From contig MU056000.1 in assembly GCA_013239625.1 (NCBI GenBank), forward strand, positions 11,545,175 through 11,609,174: a DNA stretch of 64,000 bases. The letters run 5' to 3'. The notes under the pieces were generated by a model, which was not told the origin of the DNA, made no database searches, and saw only the letters and a list, made by a program, of their open reading frames with translations. A program made the position numbers and the translations under genes. Positions 11,736-26,265 of the stretch are shown one piece after another (position 1 is the first letter of the stretch; the number at the start of each line of letters is the position of its first letter). The DNA is from Lama guanicoe (taxonomy: Eukaryota).

Positions 11736-14700
11736 CATATTAGAATAGGAGCTAATAAGCCCATAAGGGTATAACTGTGACATTTAAAGGAAAAGCTATG
11801 ATGGTTTTTCCTAAGACCCTAGGTGGGACACACTCATTGCTAATTAGAATGAATAAAAATAGACACTGGAAAATTTCAAGTTTGGCTTTACGAGTACAAT
11901 ATGGGACCTTGTTGGGCAACGGGAGACTGGGGTTTGTACTCTGAAAGGCAGGGGGAAGCTTTTCATTCTCAGCTCTTGGGTCTACCCCATGGGGGATGTG
12001 GGGGCTTTTAAACAGTCCCTTCTCACTCTAAGCAGCAGCTAAGAAATCCCAGAGGGCCCAGCCTGAGCCCAGGATGGGACAAAAGAGAGTTCCCCAGAGG
12101 GAGCAGGGTCTGTTTGTATCATTAAAAAGGAGCCATGAGAATTGGCTAGCAATTACTGGTGCTGAGAGGGTGGTTTTGGCCCTGCATGGGATTATATATG
12201 CAAAGATCATCATTTCTTCCTTATGAAAGATTTGTGTCCTGCCTGCAAAGTGCCCACCACTACGATGGGGTGAGAGAGGTGGATAGGCAGAGACTGGGAT
12301 ACAGAGAACGCTCCTAAGTAGTGTACCACAATGGTGGGGTATATCAAGGAGGACTTGGCTCGAATCCTTGCTCTGAATGTGCATTCTGAGTTGATAGCAT
12401 CCGTGTCCTTCTCTGTCATCTGACAGTCCGCTCGCCTTGGCACCACCACTTGTGACCTTGGATAGCTTCTCTACAAAACGAACCCTGAAGCCCAGCCGGT
12501 ACACTCAGCAAAACAGCACACGTCCGCCATTGCACGGTAAAACATTAAACTTCTCAAAAATGAGGAATATATAAAAAAAAAGGAAGAGCAGTGTGTTGGA
12601 TATGCACACAGAGTCAACCTTTTGATTTCTGGGTAGAAATAAATCAAAAGCAGACATTTCCCTTGACTGTAGATGAGGCAGTGCCTGGAGCTGCCTAACG
12701 GCAGGTTGCTGAGAGTAAAGCGCACAGAAGATCCAATTGTAAGCTGACTGACCACAGAACACGACTGGATTCACTTACTGCTAATTAGGATGAATAAAGA
12801 GAGACAGTGGGAGATGGGAAGCTTGGAATTATGGGTAGTAAAAACCACTTGATGGGCGGAAACCAATTTTTCCTGGTGTTTTGGAAAACCGCTTCATATA
12901 GTGTCAGCTCCGTTACTTATGCCCTGAAATTTGCAAGCAGTAAGAACCACCGGTATTTCTGATAAAACTACACTCCGGGAAGCTCAGTTTGAAGGGGTTT
13001 TGGGGGTCCAAGCTGGGAAGAGTGAATGAGTTGGCTCCCCATCAAAGAAGGGGCCTTCTGTTCCTGGCCTGTAGGCAAAGATATTTTTTCTTTTCCTCCG
13101 GGTGATAGAACGCACACCACTGAACAGGCCTCTGGATACTGTCAGCCGAGGCTGGTGTGATGGCCAAATAGCCCTCTTGATTATTGATCTTTTTATTTGT
13201 ACCTCCTGGTGCTAACTTCTCCATCTCAGGGTGAGCGCCCTCGTCCTTCACTCTATTTAGAAAAGAAATGAACTGCTAGGCTCATGCGAGCTAGGGGCAA
13301 CTGTAGGGAGGGGCAGGGCTGGGAAAACCCAGCTAGGCATAGCTCTGGTTAGAAACGTAAAGGGCTCTTTGTGGGAATTCTCCCTCTGTGATGTTGGAAC
13401 AGCCCTTTCCCCAGCTCTCTGACCAGCGGTGAGATGGGAGAGTTATTTTCGTCTTAATTCTATTTAGGGATTGGAGTGTTTCGAAGAGAGGGAGAGTTTT
13501 GCCGTGCATTTTAAAATGATAACAGATGGATTTTCTTTGTATCATTTTTGAACGGTTTTCTCTAAATAAGTTCTAAAGGTAGGATGTACATATTCACCAA
13601 AGATCAAAGGATGTTGAATTAATATTTATTATTAATTACTGTCATAAAGCAACTAGGATGGCAAATCTTGCTGTATTCAGGTGTCATTTTGGGTAAATGG
13701 CTTCAATTCTTCATTTTTCTTCTTTTTTTCCCTTGGTGCTTCTATGATGTATCTGAGACAGAAATCCTGACAGGGTAGGGATCACAGAATGAATCTACAA
13801 ATAGACTTTCCACATCTCTGCTCAGGTGTATTTTTTTTGGAGACTATTTTGCAATAATGATAAATGACTTTTATTTCAAATTAGTTTCAGGAGTAGTTGC
13901 AATGATGAATATATTTGTGTGTGGGTGTTTGAGAGAGAGATGGAGAGAAAGAGAGGAAACAGAGAGACAGAGAGACAGAGTCACACATAGAAGGAAAGAG
14001 AGAGAGTGAGAAAGAGAAAGAGAAATTCTAGTGAATAAGTGAAGGTTGAAAACCAGGTTGGGATTCCCAACCATGATCTACTGCACAATGCTTCTATCAT
14101 TAAATAATCACCATGCAAAGGGGAGAATCAAGACATTTGGCACAGCCCCAGCACTGCTCAGAGAGAACGAACATCAGCTGTAAACTTCCAGCATGATGTA
14201 AATACTCATTGCGCAAATGTCAGCCATGAACTGATATTCCAAGAACTCCCCATCCTTGCCACGCCTACAGAGTGAAAGGACATGGATTTTCTTTCACTTT
14301 GTCACTGGACACAGATATCTTGGCCACGATAGTTTGAACTACAGAATGATTCCTCAGCTTAAAGTCACATGACATATGTGGCAACCCAGTGGCTTATAAA
14401 GGTGGCCAAGTGCCAGAAAAGTGTGCTCCTTTTTGGATATAGAGCAGCCATCCGAGCGAGAGCCTTTCCCTGGAGGAGCTGAGTGATACCGGAAGTAGAA
14501 GGAAGGGAAACAAGCAGGGCAGCCCTGGAGAGAGTCCAAGATTAGAGAGAGAAGCAGATAGAAAACGACTGGGTGTTGAGAATGACAAACTCACCAGGAC
14601 AGATGCTGCTGACGGAGGAGACAAGAGGGTACCAGAGCCCGGGAGGATCTTGAGTGATGCTTCCATTTCTGTGACACCCACTGTGGGAGAGTGGGGGTTG

Positions 14701-15554
14701 TCTCCTGACCCTCCCCTCTTCCCCAAGTGTCCCTCGCCTGACCCCCATCCTCAGAGGTTATCTCAAGCCTCTCTCTTCTCCTTGTGACCCAAAGTTACTA
14801 TAATAATAAGTCTGACAATCAAATGCTTACTTTAGGCTAAATATTTAAGTAGATTGTTTTAGTTAATTATTTCAAAAGCACTATGAAATAAGGGTCATAA
14901 TTATAATACCCATATGACAGATGTGTGAGCTGAGGCAAAACGGGGTCAAGTCTGGTGGAAGTCTTCAGACTGAATGCAGTAAGTAGCAGTAGTTAGTCAG
15001 TTAAATGAAAATGCCAGCTGCAACAAGAAAATGTTAAAAACTGATTCATGCATATCTTCAACATCCTATTTTCCTTAAAACATATGAATGTACATCATTT
15101 GGACAAAGTCTTCTCTTTTGGTAGAAATCACTAATTGGAATTCAGCCCTGCTTTTCTGGCAGAAATCACACCCATGACATATGTTCAACATTTTTTAGTT
15201 TCAGTTTCTTTGATGCAAAATAAACCTGGAGACACATGTGAGGAAATCTGATGTGGAATCCTCCTATGTATCTTTTTAATTTTTTCTAATCTTTTATAGT
15301 TATTTTTCCAAGACCCAACTTGCCTGATTTTCCTCATCCAGTCCTTCTAATGCATTCAGCTTAGTTTTCACTGGAGGGAAAAAAAAAAGGACCTTTTTTC
15401 ACACTCAGATTTTATCATTAGTTACCATATTTAGTTAAACCATGTGATGACAACTGGTATTAAAAGATTGAAGACCTAACTTTCAGACAACTCACCTAGC
15501 AAGAGCAGAAATGTATAGGACTTTTATAGAGGACTCTATACACTAAGATGGTTA

Positions 15555-16047
15555 TAACTACATGTACCATCTCACAAGTTCGTCTAGAATCTATGTCCCC
15601 TCCCCTTGAAGCTGGAGGGCACTTGGTGACCACCTTGACAGGGTATGGTGAAAATGATGCGATGTGGCTTCCAAGCTTAGATCATAAAAGTACTGCATAT
15701 TTCCACCTTGTTCTTTTGCAACCCTGCCTCTTGAAACCCAGCCGCATGCTTTGAGGGAGCCCAAGCAAGCTATAGAGATGCCACACTGAGAGGAAACACG
15801 GCCCTTCTCCCATGGCCCTGACCAAGCCCCCTGCCGACACCAGCACCTCTTGACAGCCATGTGAATAAACTGTCTGGAAAGGCCATCCTCCAGGCCCAGT
15901 CAAGCCACTCTGCCTTCCACGACGCAGAGCAGAGATGAGCCGTCCCTGTTGAGCACTTGCCAATGACAGATTAGTGAGCAAAGTAAAAGACGGTCATTTT
16001 AAGCCACTGAGTGTCGGTAGTGTGTTACGCAGCAGTGGGTAACGGCA
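15555..16047 (+). mobile_element. Old MaLR LTR (MLT1G/H-like)
   Basis: cccctccccttgaa.ctgg...cagccatgtgaa...gagcagagatgagccgtccc...ttttaagccactgag...gttacgcagcag. Confidence 0.75.
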
Positions 16048-18785
16048 GTGAGTGCTTTGGGTTTCACTGGTACGTTTCACAGAGGGAAGGGAGACCGTAG
16101 ATCAACCAGCAGGCTTGTTAAGTAAGCATCCCCTGTAACTTCTCCAAGAGTACACAGCTTTAAAAGATAAAGCCTGGTTTCGAATCCAGAAGTTTGACTT
16201 CAGAATTATATTACTGTATCTATGAAAACATTTTTAGAAACCCCATACAAAGCAGTTGATGACTCACAATAATTTGGTTTGGTTTCTTAACTCCGTGCTG
16301 ACAGATGAGGTCTTAATAGTAAGAGGGTCCAAGGCAGGAGTACAAATTAATATCAGATGTCTAATATTTAAAAGTTTAAAATGAAACTAAAAACTGTTAA
16401 ATAAAAAAGGCCTATCCTCTTAACTTTACAAATACCTTCATGAAATCTAAGTGGCCAGGTTTGAGTTCCTGGACTTCATGGCCATATACATTTTCTTCCC
16501 ACCCTTGGATCCTGTCCTCACTGCAGTGGTTTTGGTGACATGTGTAATTTCCAGCCCATACATCTTCATTCACATATCCTTTTGCCCCATCCATTGCCTC
16601 TCGGTCAACTCCAGGTCCTGGGGATGGTCATGCTGGAAGATGGTCAGCTCCAGGAGAATAACCCAGAGAGCCCAAAGAAGCTCATGAAGGCTCAGGAAGC
16701 AGACTTGAGCCATTTGGGTAGAAAATGCTGGGATCCTAGTGCCTGGAGCATGGTGTTAAAAGAGAAGTGGGCTCTGGATGGACCCTGGTGGGCATGTACT
16801 CTCGGCCTCCAGTCCCCGTGTGCCATGGGGAAAAGTGCAGCCAGCAGAGACTAGAGAAGCATGTGAACAGTGAGGGACACAGGACAGGGGCCCCTATCCT
16901 CAGGTCCTAGGGCAGTACTGACCCCCGTCCCACTTGTGTTTCTCTCCAAGCCTTCTCCCCGACCCTGGTTCACAGTGTCTGATACATGATTGAGGACTGA
17001 TAAATATTTACCAAACAGAGTAGCCTTACTCCCGAAGGCAAGTCTTGAATTTTCGATCTTAGGTGGTGCTGAGGTTTAAAGATTGTCAGCCCTGAGTGAG
17101 GTCATAAGACTGGGACTGGAGCCAGACTTCCGCACACCTCTGAGCACAACTAGAACTGATTCTAAGTGCGACTAAATAGCGAATGCAATGGATGAGAATT
17201 AGATTTGTCTCAATGAATGGTGGCACAAAGCCTGCACCAGACGTTTGAGAATGAAACCTGGAGCACTGACTGTCCCCATGTTTTGTCCCGACAATGACAT
17301 TTTTCCCCTGACTCTGACAAACTGCTGTCGTCTCTTCCCCACACCTGTGCCCAGCCGAGCCCTCTACTTCCCCACCCAAGGACACACATGCTCCTGGTAA
17401 TGACCATGAAGAAAAGTGCAAGTGTTTGGGGCTAATTGTTGCTTTGTTGCTCTGCAGAATGCTGCCACATTTAGAAGATTTATTTACGAAGAACTAGTCA
17501 ACCTGATTGTAGCTTCAAAGCAACCTCTGCAAAACCACAGAATCTTCCAAGCCCAACACCAGTAATGATAGTACCCTGCTATCATTCACCAGACCTAAAG
17601 GTCACAGACCTTCTAAGCTTGTGTATGTTGTGGACAAAAACCCACTTACTTAGTTTTAGTGCTATGTTTCGAGCACATTCTCCTCTACATCCAGGAAAAT
17701 CATTACCCGTGAAGGTCGTTGTGTTAGTTAATCAGAGCTAGATCTCGTAATACAGTTTTAGTCCAAACATAAAGGACTTGAGTCATAAAGTCCTGTAGAA
17801 AAAAGTTTGCCTGCCATTTTGATTAAACTTAGGTCTACTAGCTTCAGAAAAAAACCAGTGTAAGTTATACCCCGAGGTATTTTAAGTAAAAATGAAAAGA
17901 AAAGGAAAGGAAAATTTTCATCCCGCAATTCTGTCACTAAATTTAATTGACTTTTATTTGGAACGGGGTTAATGCGAATTCTTCATAAACATGGCCATGT
18001 GAAAATTTCTAATGGAACAGGTTGTTGAGGTGTAATTCTCCTAGGATGTAATTCAAAAGTGCCCTCAGAATTGTTTCCTATAAGGCTATCAGATCCAAGG
18101 CAAGAAATAAAGATTAAAACTGTGAGAAATGAACGTTGCACTCTCTCCCTGAATGTTCCACTCTCTCTCTAAATGTTCTTCTGACATTTAAAACAAACCA
18201 TCAGCTACAGGAAATCTCTACCTAAACTCATGATTGGTGCTGTGGACATTGATGTTGACAAAGAATTATAAAAATTGTACTTTATTTTTCACATAAATGT
18301 CTGTATTTTTCTTTTTAACACCTTGCCTGTGATACGGTTTCTGTACAGCAACTACACATATTTCAGATGTACAATTTGATGAATTTTGATAAATGTACAC
18401 ACCCATGAAACCACCATCTCAATCAAGACAGCTAACATTTCCATCCCTCTCCAAGAGATCCAATTTTTGAATTCCCAAATTAACTGTATTTTAAATGGTA
18501 CTTTTACCTTTAGAGATTGAGAGCATTTCATGAACTGGGAGGGGAAAAGAAAGTAAGCTGTGGAGAGTTAATTTATTAATTATTAACTATTAATTGTATG
18601 TTCACGGGAAACTAAAACAGAAGAGAATAACACTGCTCCCCCATCCCCAAAGCTGTGTTGGCACCTTTTTTTCTGTTATGGACAGTTTTTTGTTTTGTTT
18701 TTGTTATATTATTATTATTACTTTCCCCAAGGAGACGTGCACTAGGTCCTGGAAGGGATGGGAGGTGAGAGGTGCAAGGATGAGA

Positions 18786-18885
18786 TGTGTGGTAGACCAA
18801 AGAATGGCCCCTAAATGTGCCACAATTCTAGTTCCAGAAACTGCTGACTGTATGGTTTCACAAGGCAAAGGGGAGCTAAAAGGCT
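18786..18885 (+). mobile_element. 5' fragment of an MLT1 LTR
   Basis: tgtggtagaccaaagaatggcccctaaatgtgccaca...ccagaaactgctgactgtatg. Confidence 0.6.
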
Positions 18886-18899
18886 AAAGGTTTAAAATT

Positions 18900-20075
18900 C
18901 ATGAACTAAGATTCCACCTTAAGAAGTTATACAAAGAAAAATTAAACCCAAATTTAGCAGAATGAAAGAAATAATAGTCATTATTTACAGATACAGAGCT
19001 GACTGTATATGTAGAGAACACCAGGTCAATCACAACAACAAAAACCTTGAGAGTAATGACAGAATTCAGCTGTACCTCAGGCTACAAGGGCTACGTAGAA
19101 AAATAAAGATATTGCTACATGCTAGCAATAAACAATTAAAAAGATGTGACAAAACACCATCTACAAAGATATAAATACTTAGGAATAACTTTAACAAAAT
19201 ATATAAAGGACCTCCACTCTTACAGCAAAATATGGTTGAGATAAATGAATGAAATCCTAAATAAATGCTTATGTGTTGAGAGACCCAATATTCTTACAAT
19301 TTCTATTTGCCTCCAAGTTCACCTATAACTTCAATGCAATGCCAAACAAAAGCCTAGCAACGGTTTTTTTTTTTTGTTTCTCTGGTTTTTTTTTTTTTTG
19401 TAAAATTGAAGAGCTGATTCTAAGTTGTACTTGGAAATGCAATGATTCCAGAATAACCAAATCAAGTCTGAAAAAAATGAGACGAGTTGGAGGGTTTGCT
19501 TACACTAAAAGTTCTCATGGCTAGACAAGTTCTGCTTTTAGGCTTGTTTACCCAAAAGAAATAATTTAAAATATACATTCGTAGAAGACTTGTGTTAAGA
19601 AAGGTCACGGCTTTCTTCTTCATGATAACCCCAAACTGGAAACAGCCTGAATGTCCATTAAAGGAGAGTGGATAGTTTATCTAGTCATGTAATAGAATAC
19701 TGTTCAAAAATACAAAAAAAGAACAAAAACTGATACACACACACTGTGGGTAAATCTCAAAAATATTTTGAAGAGCAAAAGTTGTCAGACACAAAATACG
19801 CATCCTGTAGTATGTAGTATGTACATATTTCATTTATATGAAGTTCAAGAACAGCCAATGCTAATGTATCTCAGTAGAAACTGCAAGAGCAGTCGCTTCT
19901 AGGGAGCACAGAAATGAACTGAAAAGGGACAGAAAGGAACTTTCTGGGCTGCTGAATCTGTTCTGCATTTTGATTGGGAGGTTTGCTGCACAGGTGTATA
20001 CATTTGTCAATCCTCACCAACTGTATACTCAACGTGTGTGCATTTTGGTATATGTACATTAAAACAATAGAATTA
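18900..20075 (+). mobile_element. Fragmented ancient L1 (ORF2 pieces plus L1M-type 3' UTR)
   Basis: ataaatacttaggaataactttaacaaaatatataaaggacctc, ctataacttcaatgcaatgcca, ccaaactggaaacagcctgaatgtcca, gtatacatttgtcaatcctcaccaactgtatact. Confidence 0.8.
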
Positions 20076-21319
20076 ACTTATAAGAAAAATTAATTAGCAT
20101 GTCGGCTGGGAGTTTTCAACCCCTGGGACAAGTAAATCTCACAGGAGAGACAGCCAAAGCCAGGAGCTGATTGAAGGACCTGGGTGAGACTCAGATGGTC
20201 AGCATCCTAGTAAGAGCTCAGGTGGGGAGGACACTCAGCCAGAAGTGACAACCGAACTTCCTTGGAGCAACCACCAAGGAAGCCCAAGTGAGAAAGAAGG
20301 CACGCAGGCTACTGGAGCAGCGGAGGAGGTGAGCTCCAAGGTGGATGCCTATAGGCCTGAGGCATCTAGCTACACCCCAGACTGAGTTCAGCGGAGTCTG
20401 CAAAAGAGGATCACATGCAGACCAGACAGCCTCCTTCCACCACTGGTAGTAATGTAAACCTTTTTCCTTTTCCCTTCTGCCTCCCGAATTAAAGAGAGAA
20501 CAAAAGGGGAGCATTAAAATTTATTTTTTAAAAGATATTTGTTCACAAGATATAGTTTTTATTTAAAAACTTATGTTTTAAACCAAAAAAGTCTGATTTG
20601 TCTTAACTGGCAAATTCAAATATCCCATCCCCACCCCAGCTACCAGCCTCTGGCAGAGTAGAGATTCCAGAACTCCAGAGCCACAGCTATAAAAACTAAA
20701 AGTTCTTCTTTTGTGGTTGTTTTTGAACATTTGGGTTAAAGTATATACATTTTAAATCCTGATCCATTCTGGTTTTCAGTCTTCATTCTGGCTGGAGAAG
20801 TATAGGGTTGGTGTGAGCAAAATTAGAAACTGGGAGAATAAATAAGAGGCTACTGAAGAATGCTAGGCAAGAAACTGAGATAAAATGGGACTGAATGAGA
20901 TCAGGGAAGTAAATCTATAAGAAGGCAGGATATAAGAATAATGCCTATGTCCTTGGTTGGGCAGCTGGGTGAATTGCAATGCCATTTAATGTTGAAGGAA
21001 TACAGGGGGTTTGGGTTTGAGGGACAGGAGGAGGATGATAAGTTTAGCTTTTAACCTGTTACCCTGAGATGCCCATGGAGCATTTAGGAGAACACCTCCA
21101 AGGTCCTCTTGTATTTTAGGTCTTAAAACGCAGCGAAGAATTCTGGCCTGGAGTAAAAGAAGATAAAAGAGATTAAGAAGGACTAAATTCAATTCTTGGC
21201 TGAAAATTCTACAACAGAGAGGTAAGGAAAATGGGAAGATTGAGTATTTAGTTTGCAATAAGATTGCTTTTTTTTTTCCTGTAAAAACCAAACCAAACCA
21301 GAACATCAACTACTTGACA

Positions 21320-21615
21320 GAATTTTATTCTTTTCACATAGCAAAAAGCTAAGAGGTAAGTGGTTGCTAGCATTGGTTCAAATATGCAATGATGTTAGAA
21401 CCAACACTTCTGGAGTTCTGTCATCCTCACAATTTTAAGACGGCTGCTTTAGCTCTAGCCACCATATCCATTCAAAGTGGGGAAGAGGAGAGAGTATCAC
21501 CAGCCTGACCCTTTTTATCTGGAAGTTTCCCCAGAACTACCCTACCAGGCTTGTACCTGTGGCTGTATTTCCAGCATATAGCCATCCCAGGCCAAAAAGC
21601 TGGAAAAGTGAGTAT
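21320..21615 (-). mobile_element. Possible very old MLT1J/K-like LTR
   Basis: tttattcttttcacatagcaaaaagctaagaggtaagtggttg...aagacggctgctttagctctagc...aaagctggaaaagtgagt. Confidence 0.45.
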
Positions 21616-22820
21616 GCTTATGAAGTTAATACTCAGTTGCACAAGATACAAGGCGGCAGGGAATGGGTGTCGGGTTGGCCAAGCAGCAGTGTTTGTGAAG
21701 TTCAAAGCAACACACAAGTTTAGTGATGAGGAAAGCTGGGGAAGTCTATACTGGGAATCTTGACATAATGTACTTTTAAACTCCCCCTTGTTTGGATATT
21801 TAGGAAAGTGAAAAGAAAAAAAAACCCCAACAATTTGGAGAGTTTTGTCTTTATATAACACAGACACAACTAAGTGGAAGTTGGGATATCTTTGAATTAA
21901 AGGTAAAGAAACTTCCATCAGGCTGCCTGAGTTTGCGCTCAGCCCTGCCACTCACCAACTAGTATCTTTCCACGTAACGTTTAGGCCAGATTTTTTCATC
22001 CATAAAATAGAAATAATAAACATCTCAAGCGCTGCCAAGCAGGGAGCAAAGGCTCATGAATGTTAGTTGTTTTTATTAGGTCATGCAGTCTGAAGGTCTT
22101 CAAACAATTCATTATATTTAATCATAATAATGGAAAATTACATTTAAAGAAATGATTTATAGTCGAAAGCTGCGCCTTTTGAAAACCACCCTCATTCATA
22201 ATTCCAAATAAAATTGTATGTTTAAAAATTCTAAAATTAAATAACAGTAACAAATAAATAAAAATAAAAGCAAGGGAAATTTGGACAGTGACATGATTCT
22301 GCTTGCAGGTCTAAGTGACACCATTTCATTACCAGTGAATTCCACTCAGCATCTTAATCCAAGATCCAGTCCCTGGGTAAAGGGGCTCTCTGCCAGTAAG
22401 GGATTTCTAAGAGACTGAAGCAGATTGCTCTGTGATGGGGTCTTCATGGAGCCTGGGCAAGTTAGCAGTCTGCAACTTCCGTAGGACTGCAGAAATCTGC
22501 ACTCTCAAGACTTTGCCTTCTTAGTAGAGCAGCAGCCGTGGGTCCCGTAGGTAAGAGCAGAACAGTGCTCCCCATCTCCTCACCCCTCCCTTGTGGGGCT
22601 AGGTGATGCCCTAGACTCTACAGTGCTTCCAAGATTTAACTGCAAATAATTTGATGACTATGATGAAGGCATCTCTGGAAACACATCTAGTTCCTGCAGA
22701 GAACTGTGTTCAGCAGTACCTACACCCAACTGGGACCCCAATTTGGAAGAGACAGGCTTAGCAAAAGTTTAGACACTGAGCATAATGAGCTTGTACATGA
22801 GCACAAACTAAGATCACACT

Positions 22821-23297
22821 TACGGTAGGCAGAATAATGGCTCGGCAAAGATTTCCTAATTTCCCAAACCTATGAATACCTTACATGGCAGAAAGGGCTT
22901 GGCAGATGTGACTAAATTAAGGATTTTGAGATGGGGAGATTGTCCTGGATTAGCTGAGGGGACCAAGTGTAATCACAAGGGTCCTCAGAAGATGGAGACA
23001 GGAGAGTTAAAGTAAGAGAGGAGATGTGTCAGGGGAGCAGAGATTGGAGTGATGCATTTTGAAGAGGGAGGAAGGGACAACAAATCAAAGAATATGGGTG
23101 GCCTCTGGAAGCTAGAAAACACAAGGAAAGTGATTGTTCCCGAGAGCCTCCAGAAGGAAACAGCTCTGTTTATTTTAGCCCCTTAAGATCCATTTTGGAC
23201 TTGTAATCTCCAGAAATGTACAATGATAGAGGTGTGTTGCTTTAAGCCATTTGTGGTATGTAGCAATTTGTTACAGCAGCAACAGGAAACTAATGCA
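22821..23297 (+). mobile_element. MLT1D-like MaLR LTR
   Basis: ggtaggcagaataatggc...taaggattttgagatggggagatt.tcctggatta...tttgttacagcagcaacaggaaactaat. Confidence 0.88.
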
Positions 23298-23482
23298 AAC
23301 TTTATCATTCATTTGTTTCATGGTCATATGTCTCAACATCCTCCTCATGAATGATTCAATCTCCTAGAGAGGAACTCAGGTTGAAAGGTTCCTAATAGCT
23401 AACACTGAGACATGAACTGACACAGCTTCTGGTCCTTTCTCCAGGCCACATCCCTCTGCTGTCCCTTTCTACACGCACATAA

Positions 23483-23485
<3 letters not shown>

Positions 23486-23517
<32 letters not shown>
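23486..23517. repeat. (AC)n microsatellite
   Basis: Perfect run of about 15-16 units. Confidence 0.95.
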
Positions 23518-23519
<2 letters not shown>

Positions 23520-24479
23520 CTCTCTTCACTAGGGTCTAGGTGGTAGAGCATCTCCAGATGCATCTGGGACACTGGAAGGAGTTTGTCCCTCATGGTTCCA
23601 TTAAACCCCAGGATATGAGGGCTGTTCAAACTTGACCACAAGCCAACTGAAAGTGAGATTGTGGAAATGCAGCTTGGGTTAATGAGATTTGTTTGAAGCA
23701 TGGTCTCAGTAAGCTGCAGCTGCCAAATCCGAACTTCTGACTCATATGCATTATGAATTTGAAAGAGTATTTAGGAGAAAAGTATTTAAACAATGTCTCC
23801 CACATGTTTACAGTGTCCATTCAGCTGACAGTATGAGAAGTTACTCCTCGCTGAAGAATGCTCTGATGAACTCCTTCTGCATCAAGTGCTGCTCTCTAAG
23901 CTGACATTGGACCACACAGCCTGGCTTTTTCTACCCCCTCATGCACTCTTTCTCCAGATAAGAAGAACTCCATGTAATTAAAGAACTAATTGTATTAGAC
24001 TCTATCACCAACATGCTACAAACGGCGTCTAAACATTAATTGCATAGGTATTTTTTGCAGCCCAGAGAGGCATCTCTAGGAAGCTGATATAATGAAAAAT
24101 TGATCATTCAATAGCTGTTAGACCAAATCTAGATATGCAGTGATAACATTAATCATAGCTCAGTACATCAAATCAGGAGTTTGTAAACAACATGGCATGG
24201 TGTTCCCAGAACACTAATGCTTTCTTCTTTTCAGGAGATTTAACTCCAGGCATGAATGCCCTTAGGATATCTGTGGGACTTTCCCAAAGATCTCCACTGG
24301 CAGAACAATTGTTGGAAAGATGATCTGTTGAGGAAAGATAAAATGTTTTTTTCTAAGCTTAATAGGAATTACACTCCTTTATTATTTTTTTCTGAAATTG
24401 TGACAGTCAGAAAGAGGTCTCTTGTTTCAAAAAAAGAAATAACTCATGGATTCTGATACTGGTGATACTGGTGAAAAAT

Positions 24480-24581
24480 GAGAGAAAGAAGAGGGAGGAA
24501 AAGGAAGAGGAGGAGGAAGAGGAGAAGAAGGAGGAGGAGGAGGGGAGGGAGAGGGGAGGAAGAGGAGACGGAGAAGGGAAA
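24480..24581. repeat. Polypurine (GAG/GAA-rich) low-complexity tract
   Basis: About 100 bp that is almost entirely A/G. Confidence 0.9.
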
Positions 24582-25562
24582 CTGGCATGTATTAGAGTTA
24601 AGGAGAACTCAGAGATTATTTAATCTGACCAGGAGATGCACTGCTGTCTCCTAGCAGGTCGAGGGTCCTGCTTTATTATATTTTTAATTGTCACATGATC
24701 CTTGAATGCAAAGGCTGTCCAGTTAATGACGTATACAGTGGTGAGCAGGACCTCCTCTGCACAATTTAACCCACTTTGCACTTAAACCCAGGTGCGGTGC
24801 TCACCTGGACGACCTGTAAATTCAGTGTCTGATGACAACTGCCCTCTCAGTATTCCAGGCAGTCCTTCTCTTCCTCAGTCCCCTCTTTTACCCATTCTTT
24901 AGCAGTTTGTTTTTATAATACTAATAATATCTTCTGATTCCAGCATCTCCCTTCTGATTCTCAGCGAATTCATTTATTTATTTTTTTAAAAAAGTATTTG
25001 TTGAATGCCCACTCGGTGCCAGCCATTCTTCTAGGCTGGGAAGCAGTAGTGAACCAGCGTGGTCGCCGCTCTCATGGAGCTCATGTTGTACGGAGAGAAA
25101 GTCTACTGAGCAAATCGGCAGGTACTGGGTGGCTGCTAAAGGTTTTACAAGGAAAATAAAGCAAAGTGAGGGAGCAGGGAATGGGAGGAGGGGGCCATTT
25201 TGGAGTGGTCTGGAAGGACCTCATGGCAGGAAGAAAGTGAGGTGGTGCTGTAAGCACATGAGGGCAAGAGTGTTCTAGGCAAAGGAGAAGCCAGTGCAAA
25301 AGTTCTGCAGCAGGAATGTGCTTTCTAGGTTTGAAAACAAACAAGAGTCAGACTGAGCGAGTGGGAAGAGGAGTAGGAGCTGACGTCAGAGGGGCAGCCA
25401 GAGGGAGATCACGTGGGACCTTGAGAATGAGAACACTGACTTCATGCTCAGCAGGAAGGGGCCTCCTTAGGCGTTTGAGTCGAGGAGTGATGTGATCTGA
25501 TGTACATTCTGCAATGATGACTGCTGCTCTGTTGTGCTAGGACGGGTGGGGAACAAGAAGAC

Positions 25563-26253
25563 TGCACTAGATTCCTGGGGCCACCATAGCAAATTTGGTA
25601 CCCCGAACTGTGTGGCTTCAAGCAACAGAAATTTACTCTCTCACAGTTCTGGAGGCCAGAAGTCCAAAATCAAGCTGTTTGCAGAGCCATGTTCTCTCTC
25701 TGAAGGTTCCAGGGGCGCATCCTTCTTCGCCTCTTCCTGGCTTCTGGTGGCTGCTGACTATCCCTGGTTTGCAGCTGCACCACTCCAGTCTCTGCCTCCA
25801 TCAACCTGTGACATTCTTCCTTGTGTGTCTGTATGTCTGTGCGTCTTCACGTGGCCTTCTTACAAGGACACTGCTGATGATCTCATCTAGTTACATATGT
25901 AAAACTCTACTTCCAAATAAGGTCACGTTCTTAGGTTTCATGTGGATATGAACATGGAAGGGGAGGACAAAACTCAGCCCAGCACAACTGGGTAAGGTAA
26001 GGGAACCTGGTTTGCAGCTGCACCACTCCAGTCTCTGCCTCCATCAACCTGTGACATTCTTCCTTGTGTGTCTGTATGTCTGTGCGTCTTCACGTGGCCT
26101 TCTTACAAGGACACTGCTGTTGGATTTAGAAATCCAGTATGATCTCATCCTAACTAGTTACATATGTAAAACTCTACTTCCAAATAAGGTCACGTTCTTA
26201 GGTTTCATGTGGATATGAACATGGAAGGGGAGGACAAAACTCAACCCAGCACA
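25563..26253 (-). mobile_element. MLT1B/C-like MaLR LTR (partly duplicated)
   Basis: ggcttcaagcaacagaaatttactctctcacagttctggaggccagaagtccaaaatcaag...ttccaaataaggtcac. Confidence 0.85.
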
Positions 26254-26265
26254 ACTGGGTAAGGG
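25763..26265 (+). repeat. Tandem duplication of ~245-260 bp covering one end of an MLT1 element
   Basis: cctggtttgcagctgcacc...cagcacaactgggtaagg occurs at 25763 and again at 26006. Confidence 0.95.

Noticed and set aside
20100..20515. Possible ancient LTR-like segment
   Set aside because: I could not identify termini, a TSD or a family from the sequence alone.
25381..25388. Perfect CRE site TGACGTCA (possible CREM-tau site)
   Set aside because: It is a single 8-mer inside a decayed L2, and about one is expected by chance in a window of this size.
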